The notes under the pieces are model-generated. The model did not search any database and was not told the origin of the DNA. It was given only the letters and a program-made list of their open reading frames with translations. From assembly GCF_000172995.2 (NCBI RefSeq), contig NC_014729.1, positions 2,430,001 through 2,462,000 on the forward strand: a stretch of DNA of 32,000 bases. Reading direction: 5' to 3'. The translations under genes and the position numbers were made by a program. Within the stretch, counting starts at the first letter, position 1; every line of letters starts with the position of its first letter. Source of the stretch: Halogeometricum borinquense DSM 11551. GTDB lineage: Archaea > Halobacteriota > Halobacteria > Halobacteriales > Haloferacaceae. This document shows, piece by piece, positions 7,604 to 17,411 of the stretch.

Positions 7604-7625
7604 GCCAGTGATAACACTAGGTGGT

Positions 7626-8552
7626 ATGTCCGAATTCAGCGGATTCGCGGACGTAAGCGAAGCACAAGTGACACAGGCTATCGCCTCCGACTGGACGGAG
7701 GAGTTCATGGACCGCATCGACACCGAGGTCATCATCGTCGGCGGCGGTCCCTCGGGACTCGTCGCGGCGAAAGAACTCGCCGAACGCGATGTGGACGTGA
7801 CCATCGTCGAGAAGAACAACTACCTCGGCGGCGGCTTCTGGCTGGGTGGCTTCCTGATGAACAAGGTAACGGTCCGTGACCCCGCACAGGAGATTCTCGA
7901 CGAACTCGGCGTGCCCTACGAGGAAGCGGAGGATGTCGAGGGACTGTACGTCGCGGACGGCCCGCACGCCTGTTCCGCACTCATCAAAGCCGCCTGCGAC
8001 GCCGGCGCATCGGTCCAGAACATGACGGAGTTCACCGACGTTGTCGTCCGCGAGGACCACCGCGTCGGCGGCGTCGTCCTCAACTGGACACCCGTCCACG
8101 CCCTGCCGCGTGAACTCACCTGCGTTGACCCTGTCGCCGTCGAGTCCGACCTCGTCCTCGACGCCACCGGTCACGACGCCGTCGTTATCTCGAAACTGTC
8201 CGAACGCGGCGTCCTCAACGCACCGGGTATCGAACACGCCAAAGAGTACAACACCGGGATGGACAAGACGGGCGACGGCGAGTACGGCGCACCCGGCCAC
8301 GACTCGCCCGGTCACGACTCGATGTGGGTCGCCGAGAGCGAAGACAAAATCGTCGAGCAGACGGGCGTCGTCCACCCCGGCGTCGTCGCCTCGGGCATGG
8401 CCGTCGCCACCGTTCACGGCCTGCCGCGCATGGGTCCGACGTTCGGTGCGATGCTCGTCTCCGGCAAGCGCGCCGCCCAGTCGTGCATCGACGAACTCGG
8501 TCACGACGCACCCGCCGTGGACTTCTCGTCGCCCGCGCCCGCTGACGACTAA
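7626..8552 (+). CDS. thi4: Thiazole synthase Thi4 (thiamine thiazole moiety biosynthesis), Cys-containing type
   Basis: 308 aa. It has the FAD/NAD fold motif [11 protein letters not shown], plus GGGFWLGG and [20 protein letters not shown] with the candidate sulfur-donor Cys at residue 166, and DATGHDA. The track start at 7608 adds only 6 aa. Confidence 0.92.
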   Translation: MSEFSGFADVSEAQVTQAIASDWTEEFMDRIDTEVIIVGGGPSGLVAAKELAERDVDVTIVEKNNYLGGGFWLGGFLMNKVTVRDPAQEILDELGVPYEEAEDVEGLYVADGPHACSALIKAACDAGASVQNMTEFTDVVVREDHRVGGVVLNWTPVHALPRELTCVDPVAVESDLVLDATGHDAVVISKLSERGVLNAPGIEHAKEYNTGMDKTGDGEYGAPGHDSPGHDSMWVAESEDKIVEQTGVVHPGVVASGMAVATVHGLPRMGPTFGAMLVSGKRAAQSCIDELGHDAPAVDFSSPAPADD

Positions 8553-8558
8553 CCACCG

Positions 8559-8562
8559 TTTT
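8559..8562 (+). terminator. T4 tract just after the thi4 stop
   Basis: The sequence ccgTTTTcc lies 7 nt after TAA 8550-8552. This is a weak signal. Confidence 0.3.
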
Positions 8563-8674
8563 CCACGTTCGGGTTTCCTCGGGCCGCTACGTGGCCCTGC
8601 GGGAACCCTCATCGAGAAAATCTGGTCCAAAAAGGTTCCGCGAGACTCGGTCTTCGGCCTCGCTCGCGGTACGA

Positions 8675-9391
8675 CTAATAGAACGACTGGCGGTTATCCT
8701 CGTCCGTCTTTCGCTGCACCCGTCCCCCGGAGACGCGGGCGAACCCGAGTGCCCGCGTCTCGCGCCGAACGTCTTCACACACTGCTTCGAGTTCGCGGTG
8801 AGCAGCGACCAGTCGCTGGTCGAGCAACACCGTCGGCGGCACCTGCAACTGGTCACCAGTGCCCGGTGGCGATGAAGCGCGGACGAGCGCCCGAAACACC
8901 CAGTTGAGTGGTCTGAGCGGCGTCCGCGTCGTTCGCCCGAGGTCGGCGAGTGCGAGTCGGCCACCGGAACCGACCAGTTCGGCCCACGTGCGAACTGCCG
9001 CAGCAGGGTCCGACAGCATCCCCGAAACGAACGTGGCGACGACGGCGTCGGCAGCAGCGACCGGGGGACGAGTCGCGTCGCCGCGGACGACGTGAACGTT
9101 CTCCCACTCTTTCTTCCGAATCCGGTCACGGGCGACGGCGAGGACACCGGGCGTGAAGTCCACGCCGACAACAGTCCCCTCGGACCCGACTCGATCTCTC
9201 AGGTACGCGAAGTTCGCACCCGTCCCACAGCCCATCTCCACGATGGTATCGCCGGGAGTGAGGGCGAGTGCGTCCGCGACAGCCCGACGAAGCCCGTGGA
9301 CGCCCGGCGTCCACCGCGCGATGAGGTCGTACACCGCCGCGTACCGGGTGTAGAACTCCTGCGTGGTGGTGACGCCGTCGGTCATCGTCAC
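8675..9391 (-). CDS. Class I SAM-dependent methyltransferase
   Basis: 238 aa with the SAM-binding motif I IVEMGCGTGANF, followed by VVGVDFTPGVL. Its ATG overlaps the stop of the upstream gene (ATGA at 9388-9391). Confidence 0.75.
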   Translation of the reverse strand: MTMTDGVTTTQEFYTRYAAVYDLIARWTPGVHGLRRAVADALALTPGDTIVEMGCGTGANFAYLRDRVGSEGTVVGVDFTPGVLAVARDRIRKKEWENVHVVRGDATRPPVAAADAVVATFVSGMLSDPAAAVRTWAELVGSGGRLALADLGRTTRTPLRPLNWVFRALVRASSPPGTGDQLQVPPTVLLDQRLVAAHRELEAVCEDVRRETRALGFARVSGGRVQRKTDEDNRQSFY

Positions 9392-10296
9392 TCGGTGAGG
9401 AGGCTCCGAACGGCGCGAGCCACTGTCGGCGCGTCAGGGCCGAGGACGTAGGTGATGGCTTCGATTCCGTACGCGCCGGACTGGTAGAGAGCGAACGTGT
9501 CCGTCAGATCGTCACGGTCCGAGAGAGCCGCAACGATGGGGTCCGTCGGTGCGTCCGGGTCGAACTCGATAGCGTCGTACCCGGAATCCTCCAGTGACGC
9601 GATGATATCGGGGTCGTATCGGATGTTGACTGCACTGTGAACATCGCGGCCGGCCTCGCGCGCAGAGAGCAGAACCGAAGCGACGTGTTCGCTCACACCG
9701 AACTCGGGGTCGCTCGGAACCGTCGCCTGACCCTTCACATCGAAGATGCGGCCGGGGATGGCCGCGACATCCTCGATGCCGCTGGGTTCCGGAAGGCACT
9801 CCGCGAGGTTCGATCCGACGTTTGGGATGAGACCGGCGAACCCGCTGGCGTTCGTCAACGTTCGGAGTCCCCGGCGCACCGACGACCGGACGCGTTCTGC
9901 CGTCCGAAGCGTACTGTCCGGGTCGTGGACGCTGAGCGCGCCGTCGTACTCGGAGAGTTCGGGCATCTGCTGTTCGTGGAGCGTCGCAAGCAGGTCGCCT
10001 TCCTCGAATTGGCGGATGAGAACCTCCGCTTCCACGAGCGCCTGCACGGGCGTCATGTCACCTGTCGAGAGACCGTCCGCGACGCGCTCGACGAGTTCCT
10101 GCACTCGCTCGTCTTCGAGCAACGTCTCGTTTCGACTCACCTCTCCGTGAGCGTACTTCGAGACGGCTGACTGGCTAATACCGAGAGCGTCTGCGACTTC
10201 ACGTTGCGTGAACCCTCTGTCACGGAGTTCCTCGGCGAGCATCGAGCGAAACGTCGGGAGGAACTCCTCGACGACGATTTCCTCGATGAAACGCAT
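9388..10296 (-). CDS. HTH (XRE-type) domain fused to a ThiN domain: ThiR-type thiamine regulator or ThiN-type thiamine-phosphate synthase
   Basis: 302 aa. The N-terminal helix-turn-helix is FTQREVADALGISQSAVSKYAHGE. The C-terminal ~170 aa domain (GLIPNVGSNLAECL...IPGRIFDVKG...AVNIRYD...AYGIEAITYVLG) resembles ThiN. The gene lies 835 bp from thi4. Confidence 0.7.
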   Translation of the reverse strand: MRFIEEIVVEEFLPTFRSMLAEELRDRGFTQREVADALGISQSAVSKYAHGEVSRNETLLEDERVQELVERVADGLSTGDMTPVQALVEAEVLIRQFEEGDLLATLHEQQMPELSEYDGALSVHDPDSTLRTAERVRSSVRRGLRTLTNASGFAGLIPNVGSNLAECLPEPSGIEDVAAIPGRIFDVKGQATVPSDPEFGVSEHVASVLLSAREAGRDVHSAVNIRYDPDIIASLEDSGYDAIEFDPDAPTDPIVAALSDRDDLTDTFALYQSGAYGIEAITYVLGPDAPTVARAVRSLLTE

Positions 10297-10919
10297 TAGT
10301 CCGTCCCTCCGTCTGGGAGCGAGTCACCGTCTTCTCGGTCACCCGCGAATTCGGGGTCGTATCCGATACGTGACGCCTGCGGACCCTTCTGGTCTTGGTA
10401 CTTCGAGCCGCGTTCGACGCCGTACGGGCGGTCGGCGGGGTTTTTCATCTCGGTGAAGACGAGTTGAGAAACGCGCATGCCGGGCGAGAGAGCAACAGGA
10501 GCAGTTCCGAGGTTCGACAGTTCCAGCGTGATCTGCCCGTGATAGCCGGGGTCAACGATGCCGGCCGTGGCGTGGATGACGATAGCAAGGCGGCCGAGCG
10601 ACGACCGCCCCTCGACGGTCGCAAGAAGGTCCGGCGGAATCTCGACCCGCTCTTTCGTCGTCCCGAGGACGAAATCGCCGGGATGGAGGATGAATTCGTC
10701 GCCCTCCTCGACGTACGTCTCGGTAACGTACTTCGAGACTTCGTCCTCCCGATTAGGATGGATACACGAGATATTCGTCCGCTGGAATTCGAGGAACTCC
10801 TCACCGAGTCTGAGGTCGATACTCGCCGGTTGAACTTGCATATCGATATCGTCCAACGGTTCGACCACGAGGTCGCCGTCGCTGAGTCGTTCGAGGATGT
10901 CCGCATCGGACAGTATCAT
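10296..10919 (-). CDS. dcd: dCTP deaminase
   Basis: 207 aa starting [12 protein letters not shown]..., with [19 protein letters not shown] and [12 protein letters not shown] motifs. Its stop overlaps the start of the next gene by 1 nt (TAATG). The first 12 aa of the track ORF were dropped by comparison with homolog N-termini. Confidence 0.92.
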   Translation of the reverse strand: MILSDADILERLSDGDLVVEPLDDIDMQVQPASIDLRLGEEFLEFQRTNISCIHPNREDEVSKYVTETYVEEGDEFILHPGDFVLGTTKERVEIPPDLLATVEGRSSLGRLAIVIHATAGIVDPGYHGQITLELSNLGTAPVALSPGMRVSQLVFTEMKNPADRPYGVERGSKYQDQKGPQASRIGYDPEFAGDREDGDSLPDGGTD

Positions 10920-11054
10920 GTTCGCAGAGGGGTGTTGGTGTGACGTAAACCCCACTACTCCTTCCGCTCAGAGCAGGTGGGTTGTAGAGTCCGCTCGCCT
11001 CGTCTCGAAGTGCGACCCGGCAGTGATTTACCGACGGGGACGGGACTGCGGCGT

Positions 11055-11393
11055 ATGAAACAGGCAATCGTCGCGCGCGCTGACCTCGGGATGGGTCGCG
11101 GGAAACTCGCGGCACAGGTCGCCCACGCGAGCCTCTCGGCGTACGAGGACGCCGACCGAAAGGCGAAAAACGAATGGAAAGGCTCCGGACAGAAGAAAGT
11201 CGTTCTGAAAGCGAACGGTGAAGACAAACTGTTCCGCCTCGCTGACGAAGCCGAACGACAGGGACTCCCGCACGCGATCATCCGCGATGCTGGGCACACG
11301 CAACTGGAACCGGGAACGGTCACATGCCTCGCCGTCGGACCGGGGCGCGATGACCTCGTAAACAAGGTAACCGGCGACCTCTCTCTGTATTGA
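11055..11393 (+). CDS. pth2: Peptidyl-tRNA hydrolase, archaeal Pth2 type
   Basis: 112 aa: [27 protein letters not shown]...VVLKA...[21 protein letters not shown], a canonical Pth2. Confidence 0.92.
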   Translation: MKQAIVARADLGMGRGKLAAQVAHASLSAYEDADRKAKNEWKGSGQKKVVLKANGEDKLFRLADEAERQGLPHAIIRDAGHTQLEPGTVTCLAVGPGRDDLVNKVTGDLSLY

Positions 11394-11487
11394 TGCCTCG
11401 CGTGTGGTCGAAACCACACACGTGGTCAGTTCTGTAACCAGTCAACGGCCGAATAACTTACAACCAGCCACCGCCGATGACCCGGCA

Positions 11488-12888
11488 ATGAAGGACTTCG
11501 TCGCGTCCGACTCGGGCGAGTTGCTTCTCCGTGTGCTGGAGAATGTCAACGACGTCATTACAGTCCGAGACGCCGAGACCGGCGAAACTCTCGCGGTCAG
11601 CGGAGCCGTCGAGGAGATGTACGGCTACACACCGGAGGAGTTCAGCGAACTCACTATCGAAGCGTACAGCGCAAACCACGTAGAGTACACCGAAGAGCGG
11701 GCGCAAGAACTGATAGCCGACGCCCGAGAGCGGGGCGAAGCGAGTTTCGAGTGGAAAGCAAAGCGGGCGGACGGGGCGGAGTTTTGGACTGAGATAAGCA
11801 TCTCAAAGACTGAACTCGAGGAACGCACCGTTCTCGTGAACGTTGTCCGCGACATCACCGACCGAAAGGAACACGAACTGGAACTCAAACGGTTCGAACG
11901 ACTCGTCTCGCTCATCTCCGACCCCGTCTTCACGATAGACGAGAACGACCGAATCGACTATGTGAACGACGCGACGGTCGGCCTCACCGGATACTCCCGT
12001 GAGGAGTTAGTGGAGACCGACTTCGAGGAACTGTCGGCAGATATTTCTCTGGTGCAGGGAGATCTTGACGCCATTCACGGCCTACAGGATACCGAGGAAG
12101 ACTCGATCCGACTGGAAGGAACGATCACCCGCCCCGACGGCACCGAACGCACCATCGAAACGAACTTGGCGCTGTTACCGCCGACGGAGGAAGGAACGTT
12201 CGGTGGGGCCGTCGGTGTCTCCCGAGATATCACACAGCGAAAGCGGCGCGAGGAGAAACTCGAACGCTTTGCGAGCGTTCTCAGTCACGACCTCAGAAAT
12301 CCCCTCAACGCTGCGATGGCGCAGATAACGCTTCTACGAGAGATAGAGGGCTGCGACAGCGAGTACGTCGATACGCTCGAAAATCTGACCAACCGGATGG
12401 CCGAGATTATCGACGACGTGTTGACGCTCACTCGGGAGGGCAAGTACGTCACCGACCCGGAGACGTTCGTCCTCGGCGATGTCGCCGAGGAAGCGTGGAA
12501 CACGATCAACGCGACGGACGCCAGCCTCTCCGTTGGCGGTGAGTTGGGAACCGTCGAGGGCGACAGACAGCGCGTCCGCCGCCTCTTGGAGAACCTGTTC
12601 AGCAATGCGGTGAGACACGGCGGCGACGACATCTCCGTCCGCATCGAGCGACTCCCCGACGGGTTCGCCATCTGCGACGATGGACCCGGAATTCCGCCGG
12701 ACGAACGCAACGAGGTGTTCGAGTACGGCTACTCGACAGCCACGGACGGGACAGGCTTCGGGCTCAACATCGTCGAAGAAATCGCAGACGCACACGACTG
12801 GAACATCGTTATCGCCGAGAGCGACTCCGGCGGCGCGCGATTCGAGATTTCGGGACTCTCGGCCGACGGACAGCGTGGGAGGGATTGA
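11488..12888 (+). CDS. Soluble sensor histidine kinase with two PAS domains
   Basis: PAS-like repeats end in [11 protein letters not shown] and [12 protein letters not shown]. His[17 protein letters not shown] and HATPase_c motifs [10 protein letters not shown]...DDGPGIP...GFGLNIV are present. There are no TM helices and no adjacent response regulator. ATG 11488 is preferred over GTG 11404. Confidence 0.88.
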   Translation: MKDFVASDSGELLLRVLENVNDVITVRDAETGETLAVSGAVEEMYGYTPEEFSELTIEAYSANHVEYTEERAQELIADARERGEASFEWKAKRADGAEFWTEISISKTELEERTVLVNVVRDITDRKEHELELKRFERLVSLISDPVFTIDENDRIDYVNDATVGLTGYSREELVETDFEELSADISLVQGDLDAIHGLQDTEEDSIRLEGTITRPDGTERTIETNLALLPPTEEGTFGGAVGVSRDITQRKRREEKLERFASVLSHDLRNPLNAAMAQITLLREIEGCDSEYVDTLENLTNRMAEIIDDVLTLTREGKYVTDPETFVLGDVAEEAWNTINATDASLSVGGELGTVEGDRQRVRRLLENLFSNAVRHGGDDISVRIERLPDGFAICDDGPGIPPDERNEVFEYGYSTATDGTGFGLNIVEEIADAHDWNIVIAESDSGGARFEISGLSADGQRGRD

Positions 12889-12964
12889 GGGACCGAAGGC
12901 GGCCGCCGAACCGGAGGGGCCTTACCCACGCGCCGAAAAGGCCGGGCAGACCCGGAGCGACAGG

Positions 12965-14353
12965 ATGCGCAACGCACACTCACTCGAACGGCGCGTCGGT
13001 ATCGAACACTACGTGAGCGACGCGGAGGGAACGGGCGGCCGCCTCCGCGACGCTCCGGAGGACTTCCGTGTGCGCGAGGTGGAAGCGATGGACGCCGTGG
13101 ATGTAGACGAGGACCCCGGCGATTACCCATCGCTTCTGCTTCGCGTGACGCTCCGTGAGTGGGACACGAACGACTTCGCCCGCCGCCTATCGGACGCGCT
13201 CGGAATCAGCCGCGAGCGCGTCTCGTGGGCCGGAACGAAGGACAAGTACGCCGTCACGACGCAGTTGTTCTCGGTACGTGACGCCTCACCCGACGAGATC
13301 CCAGCGATCAACAACGCCGATATCGAGGTTCTGGGCCGCATCGGCCGCGATTTGGGCTTCGGTGACTTGGCGGGCAACGACTTCGATGTGCGCGTCCGCG
13401 ACGCCGACGCCTCCGCGAACGCCGCGACGGTTACAGCGCAGTTGCAGGCGTTTCTGACCGACGAGGACGCCGTTGACGGCGCGGCAACCGAGGGTGAGAC
13501 GGCCGCCGTCGCCGTTCCGAACTACTTCGGCCACCAGCGATTCGGGAGTCGTCGCCCAGTCACGCACGAAGTCGGCCTGCACGTCGTCCGCGGCGAGTGG
13601 TGCGAGGCCGTTCTCTCGTACGTCGGAAATCCCGCATCCGCCGAACCAGACGGGACGCAAGCGGCCCGGAGATTCGTAGACGAACAGGCCGCATCGGACG
13701 ATCCGGACTGGCACGCCGCACTCGAAACAATGCCGAACCGACTGCGCTACGAACGGTCGATGCTCCACCGACTCGCAGAAGACGGCGACGAGAGTGCGGA
13801 AGACTGGCGGCATGCCCTCGAAGCCGTCCCGCGAAACCTCCAGCGACTGTTCGTCAACGCGGCCCAGTCGTACGTGTTCAACCGCATTCTCTCCGAACGC
13901 CTCGACCGCGGATTACCCCTTACTCGCCCGATAGAGGGCGACGTGGTCTGTTTCGCTGATCGAGACGTACCCGACCGGCTGTACCGCGCTGATCCTGACC
14001 GAACACAGGTAGCGACCGGCCGCCGCGTCGAGGTGATGAGCCGACACTGTGAGCGCGGTCGGGCATTCGTCACCGCACCGCTCGTCGGAACCGAAACCGA
14101 GTTGGCCGAAGGCGAGGCTGGCGAGATAGAACGCGCTGTGCTGAACGAACTGGACCTCGAACCCGCCGATTTCGACCTGCCGGGCGAGTTCGATTCCACG
14201 GGGACGCGCCGGGCGGTACTCCTTCGAACTGACGTGGAAACGACGGTCGATTCCGACGCCGACACGTACGAACTCACCTTTTCGCTCCCGTCGGGATCGT
14301 ACGCGACGGCGCTCCTCCGCGAGTACCTGAAGACGACGCCACAGGATCTCTGA
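12965..14353 (+). CDS. truD: tRNA pseudouridine synthase D (TruD/Pus7 family)
   Basis: 462 aa with [25 protein letters not shown] and NYFGHQRFG motifs. The track ORF starting at 12680 overlaps the kinase gene, so ATG 12965 ([16 protein letters not shown]) was taken. Confidence 0.9.
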   Translation: MRNAHSLERRVGIEHYVSDAEGTGGRLRDAPEDFRVREVEAMDAVDVDEDPGDYPSLLLRVTLREWDTNDFARRLSDALGISRERVSWAGTKDKYAVTTQLFSVRDASPDEIPAINNADIEVLGRIGRDLGFGDLAGNDFDVRVRDADASANAATVTAQLQAFLTDEDAVDGAATEGETAAVAVPNYFGHQRFGSRRPVTHEVGLHVVRGEWCEAVLSYVGNPASAEPDGTQAARRFVDEQAASDDPDWHAALETMPNRLRYERSMLHRLAEDGDESAEDWRHALEAVPRNLQRLFVNAAQSYVFNRILSERLDRGLPLTRPIEGDVVCFADRDVPDRLYRADPDRTQVATGRRVEVMSRHCERGRAFVTAPLVGTETELAEGEAGEIERAVLNELDLEPADFDLPGEFDSTGTRRAVLLRTDVETTVDSDADTYELTFSLPSGSYATALLREYLKTTPQDL

Positions 14354-14383
14354 GAACACGGCGCTTCGCCGTACTAAGCCCGC

Positions 14384-15703
14384 CTATTCCTTGCTGCCGA
14401 CGCCGAGGAGAGCGAACGGGACAGCGGCAACAACGAGGCCGAGTACGCCGAGGACCGAGAAGGCGATGAGGAGACCGGATGAGCTACCCACCGAATCGAG
14501 CGAGAGCAGGTACGCGGCCGCGGTGATGACGTAGCCGAAGGTAGCGACGGCGACAATGCGCCACGGCGGCGGGCCGCGCGATGCCGCGACGCCGAGTGGA
14601 TAGCCCGCAAGCGGTGGAACGACGGCGAACATGGACGCAACTGCGATGCCGGGAGAGAGCCGAGTGAGGAAAACGCTCACAGCGGCGGCAACACCGGTGA
14701 CGCCGACGCCCGTGAACACCGGCAGGAGCGATGCTCGATCCGCGTCCGGCCCCACACTTGTCCCGACAACAGCGAGTGCGCTCCCAGCAATAATGCCCGC
14801 TAACGGGGCGAGAACGCTCGGTTCCCAGCGGCCAAGGAACCACAACAACGGAACCGCGCCGACGAGGGCGAGACTGAGCGTCGTTAGCCCGAGTTCACGC
14901 GCACTGAGGCGCATATAGATCCGAACGAGCGAACTCAGCCGATGGACGGCGACGAACCCGAGTGCGAGGAGACACCCCGGAAGGCAGACGAAGAAGACGG
15001 CATTCGTGAGGACCGCCAGCGGTGTCGCGAGAACGAGCGCAAGACTCGCCAACAGTCCGCGAAGCACGGCAGGCATCTCAGCGGGCGCAAAGACGAGGAA
15101 CGACGCTGAACTGTGCGGTCCCGTATCGGAGAGGACGACGCGGTTCCCGTCTGCACGGACAGTCAGTTCAGTTGCCTCCGGTTGGGTGGCGAGCGTATAG
15201 TTCTGCGGTCCGACGACGGTTAGTTGATCGCACGACACCGTTCGGAACTCGGACCCGTGGACGCGAAAGTAATCCACGCGGAGAAGACCGCCGGGCGCGT
15301 GCGCCGCGAACTCGTCGGTGCGGAAGCGGAACGAGACGGTCCGCGGTCCGGCGGCGACAGCCGAGACGCGTTCTGAGGGGAGCGTTCCGGACGCCCTCTC
15401 GATGAGACGACGTTTGAGCGTCCAGTTCCCGAGAATTCGATCGACGGTGGATTCGTTCTCGAACGTTGCGTTCACCGACCACGCCGCGGACTCGTTCTCG
15501 ATGACGGCGCGGGCCGCCGTCGATTCAACCGTTGCATCAATGTCGGCAGCGTGGAGTGATTCGGAGAGCGGTCGCTCGCAAAACGGTGTCGCTACCGGTG
15601 GTGAAGAGGCAGTAGCGGGCGCGGACCCGGCGACGAAGAGGACGGGAGTGACGACGAGAACGACCACAGCGAGAGAGAACACGAGAGAGCGGCGATCTGT
15701 CAT
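14384..15703 (-). CDS. Hypothetical secreted/polytopic membrane protein
   Basis: 439 aa. It has an N-terminal signal/anchor (MTDRRSLVFSLAVVVLVVTPVLFVAGSAPATA), a ~200-aa hydrophilic domain with NxT/S sequons, then about 7 hydrophobic helices. I recognise no family. Confidence 0.6.
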   Translation of the reverse strand: MTDRRSLVFSLAVVVLVVTPVLFVAGSAPATASSPPVATPFCERPLSESLHAADIDATVESTAARAVIENESAAWSVNATFENESTVDRILGNWTLKRRLIERASGTLPSERVSAVAAGPRTVSFRFRTDEFAAHAPGGLLRVDYFRVHGSEFRTVSCDQLTVVGPQNYTLATQPEATELTVRADGNRVVLSDTGPHSSASFLVFAPAEMPAVLRGLLASLALVLATPLAVLTNAVFFVCLPGCLLALGFVAVHRLSSLVRIYMRLSARELGLTTLSLALVGAVPLLWFLGRWEPSVLAPLAGIIAGSALAVVGTSVGPDADRASLLPVFTGVGVTGVAAAVSVFLTRLSPGIAVASMFAVVPPLAGYPLGVAASRGPPPWRIVAVATFGYVITAAAYLLSLDSVGSSSGLLIAFSVLGVLGLVVAAVPFALLGVGSKE

Positions 15704-15766
15704 CGTCGGAGAAAGATTCAGCCACTCCTGAAAGACTTTCCGTCCGCCGCCGGGGGGAACAATCGC

Positions 15767-15774
15767 CTTTTATG
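15767..15774 (+). promoter_or_regulatory. TATA-like box (CTTTTATG)
   Basis: The box is centred about 27 nt upstream of ATG 15797. Confidence 0.45.
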
Positions 15775-15796
15775 CGGTCACCCATTGCTCTCACGT

Positions 15797-16519
15797 ATGG
15801 ACTGCGGGCGGTGCGGCACGCCGTTAGAGAAACCGGGAGACTACTGTCTAACGTGCAGTACCGCCAACTGCGACACTGTCGTGGCCGAGTTCGAGCGTGA
15901 CAGAGCGGAGCTAACGATGCTGGACGGCGAGGACGTGATCGGGAAGACGACGGTGACGACGATACCCGAATCGGAGGGCGAGGCGATGGTGGTCGAACTC
16001 CGAAACTTTGCCGGCCTCATTGCCGACGAGATTCGTCGGAAGCGCCCCGATGAGGTGTTCGCCGCGGGTGACAGAGACGTACTCAGAGAGACGCGCGCCC
16101 AGTTGCACCACGAGTTCTATCGCGTCGCCAGCGAGAATCCCGTCCAACGCGTCCTCGAACGGCGGGGCGAACGCTCCCTCGAAGTTGTGGAGAGGCCGCC
16201 GCGGGAGAAGATGGGTGGGACGCACTCGACGCTTATCGGGGACAGAGAAGGGCGGCGCGCCATCGGCGTCGTCGCCGATCACCCGCACGTAAAGAAAATT
16301 ATTCCCGGTCCTATCGACGCCGGAGGCATGGGTTCACAGAAGAGTCTCCGCGCCAAGGTGACGCGCGCGGACGCTAACGGCAACGTCCGTCTCCTCTTAC
16401 GCGATGGGTCGAGTGTCCAAGAGAATCGCATCGTCACGACCGCGATGGACACAGAGACAGGCGAGTTCGTCCGCGACGACCTGAACGAGGCGTTGCGCGA
16501 GGCCGAGTTACAGGACTGA
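15797..16519 (+). CDS. Conserved archaeal metal-binding protein (DUF2103-like) with an N-terminal CxxC...CxxC zinc ribbon
   Basis: 240 aa starting MDCGRCGTPLEKPGDYCLTCS. The family name comes from memory of haloarchaeal annotations and is not verified. Confidence 0.6.
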   Translation: MDCGRCGTPLEKPGDYCLTCSTANCDTVVAEFERDRAELTMLDGEDVIGKTTVTTIPESEGEAMVVELRNFAGLIADEIRRKRPDEVFAAGDRDVLRETRAQLHHEFYRVASENPVQRVLERRGERSLEVVERPPREKMGGTHSTLIGDREGRRAIGVVADHPHVKKIIPGPIDAGGMGSQKSLRAKVTRADANGNVRLLLRDGSSVQENRIVTTAMDTETGEFVRDDLNEALREAELQD

Positions 16520-16621
16520 GAGAGTCAGCCCGAACGACCTCCGGACGGCGTGCGAAAACGGGGCACGCGACGACTCCGACTCGCAGGCTTTATCCCGATA
16601 CCACGGATAGGAGACGATACT

Positions 16622-16903
16622 ATGGCCGAAAAGAAGGCACGGAAAACTGGGAGTGCCGGGCGCTTCGGTGCGCGCTACGGGCGCGTCGCCCGACGACGCG
16701 TGAAAGAGATCGAAGCCGACATGCGCGATGCGAAAGTTGACGGCGATTCCGTCACCCGCATCGGCACCGGCATCTGGATGAACGAGGAGACGGGCGAGAA
16801 GTTCACGGGCGGTACGTACCGCCCCGAGACGCCCGGCGGCAAGCAGGTTCAGCGTTCCATCCGCGCGGCACTCTCCAGCGACGGCGACGAGGAGAGCGCG
16901 TAA
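16622..16903 (+). CDS. rpl37ae: 50S ribosomal protein L37Ae (eL43), cysteine-less variant
   Basis: 93 aa: [31 protein letters not shown]...IGTGIW...[22 protein letters not shown]. The family is unambiguous, but the four zinc-ribbon Cys positions are all substituted. Confidence 0.9.
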   Translation: MAEKKARKTGSAGRFGARYGRVARRRVKEIEADMRDAKVDGDSVTRIGTGIWMNEETGEKFTGGTYRPETPGGKQVQRSIRAALSSDGDEESA

Positions 16904-16936
16904 GACACATCACGCCCGACAACGATTCCCTATACG

Positions 16937-17071
16937 ATGAGCTATAAGTGTTCTCGGTGCAAGCGCGACGTCGAACTCGACGAGTACGGCGGCGTGCGGT
17001 GTCCCTACTGCGGCCACCGCGTGCTCCTGAAGGAGCGCGCACCGACCGTCAAGGAAGTCCCGGTCGAATAA
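16937..17071 (+). CDS. rpoP: DNA-directed RNA polymerase subunit P (Rpo12/RpoP)
   Basis: Absent from the ORF track because it is under 60 aa. My translation is [44 protein letters not shown], 44 aa with a CxxC...CxxC zinc ribbon, in the canonical position after L37Ae. Confidence 0.88.
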   Translation: MSYKCSRCKRDVELDEYGGVRCPYCGHRVLLKERAPTVKEVPVE

Positions 17072-17092
17072 CGACCCACCCCGTTCTCGCGG

Positions 17093-17344
17093 ATGGATAG
17101 CCGTCACGACATTACACTCACGTTCTCCTATGCCGACGAGCGGCGGGCACGGACCGTCGCCGAAAGCATCCGCATCGAGGAAGGAGAGATTGCGGACGAC
17201 CGGTCTGCAGTGACTGTCGAACGCGACGACCAAACCGTTCGAGTACGGGTAGCGGCGGCTGATCTCGTTGCCCTCCGCGCGGGTGTAAATACATGGACTC
17301 GCTTCGTCGCCGTCGCAGAGCGAATCGCGGACCGTGCGGCGTGA
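17093..17344 (+). CDS. pcc1: KEOPS complex subunit Pcc1
   Basis: 83 aa: MDSRHDITLTFSYADERRARTVAESIRIE...LRAGVNTWTRFVAVAE. The Pcc1/CTAG fold pattern and the conserved position between rpoP and prefoldin beta support the call. Confidence 0.75.
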   Translation: MDSRHDITLTFSYADERRARTVAESIRIEEGEIADDRSAVTVERDDQTVRVRVAAADLVALRAGVNTWTRFVAVAERIADRAA

Positions 17345-17380
17345 ATTCGGGCGATAACGCGGTGCGGGGAGAATACTGGT

Positions 17381-17388
17381 CTTTTTCA
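17381..17388 (+). promoter_or_regulatory. TATA-like box (CTTTTTCA)
   Basis: The box is centred 28 nt upstream of ATG 17412 but only 16 nt upstream of ATG 17400, which supports 17412 as a leaderless start. Confidence 0.4.
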
Positions 17389-17411
17389 GTCCGGGTCACA
17401 TGGAACTCAGT

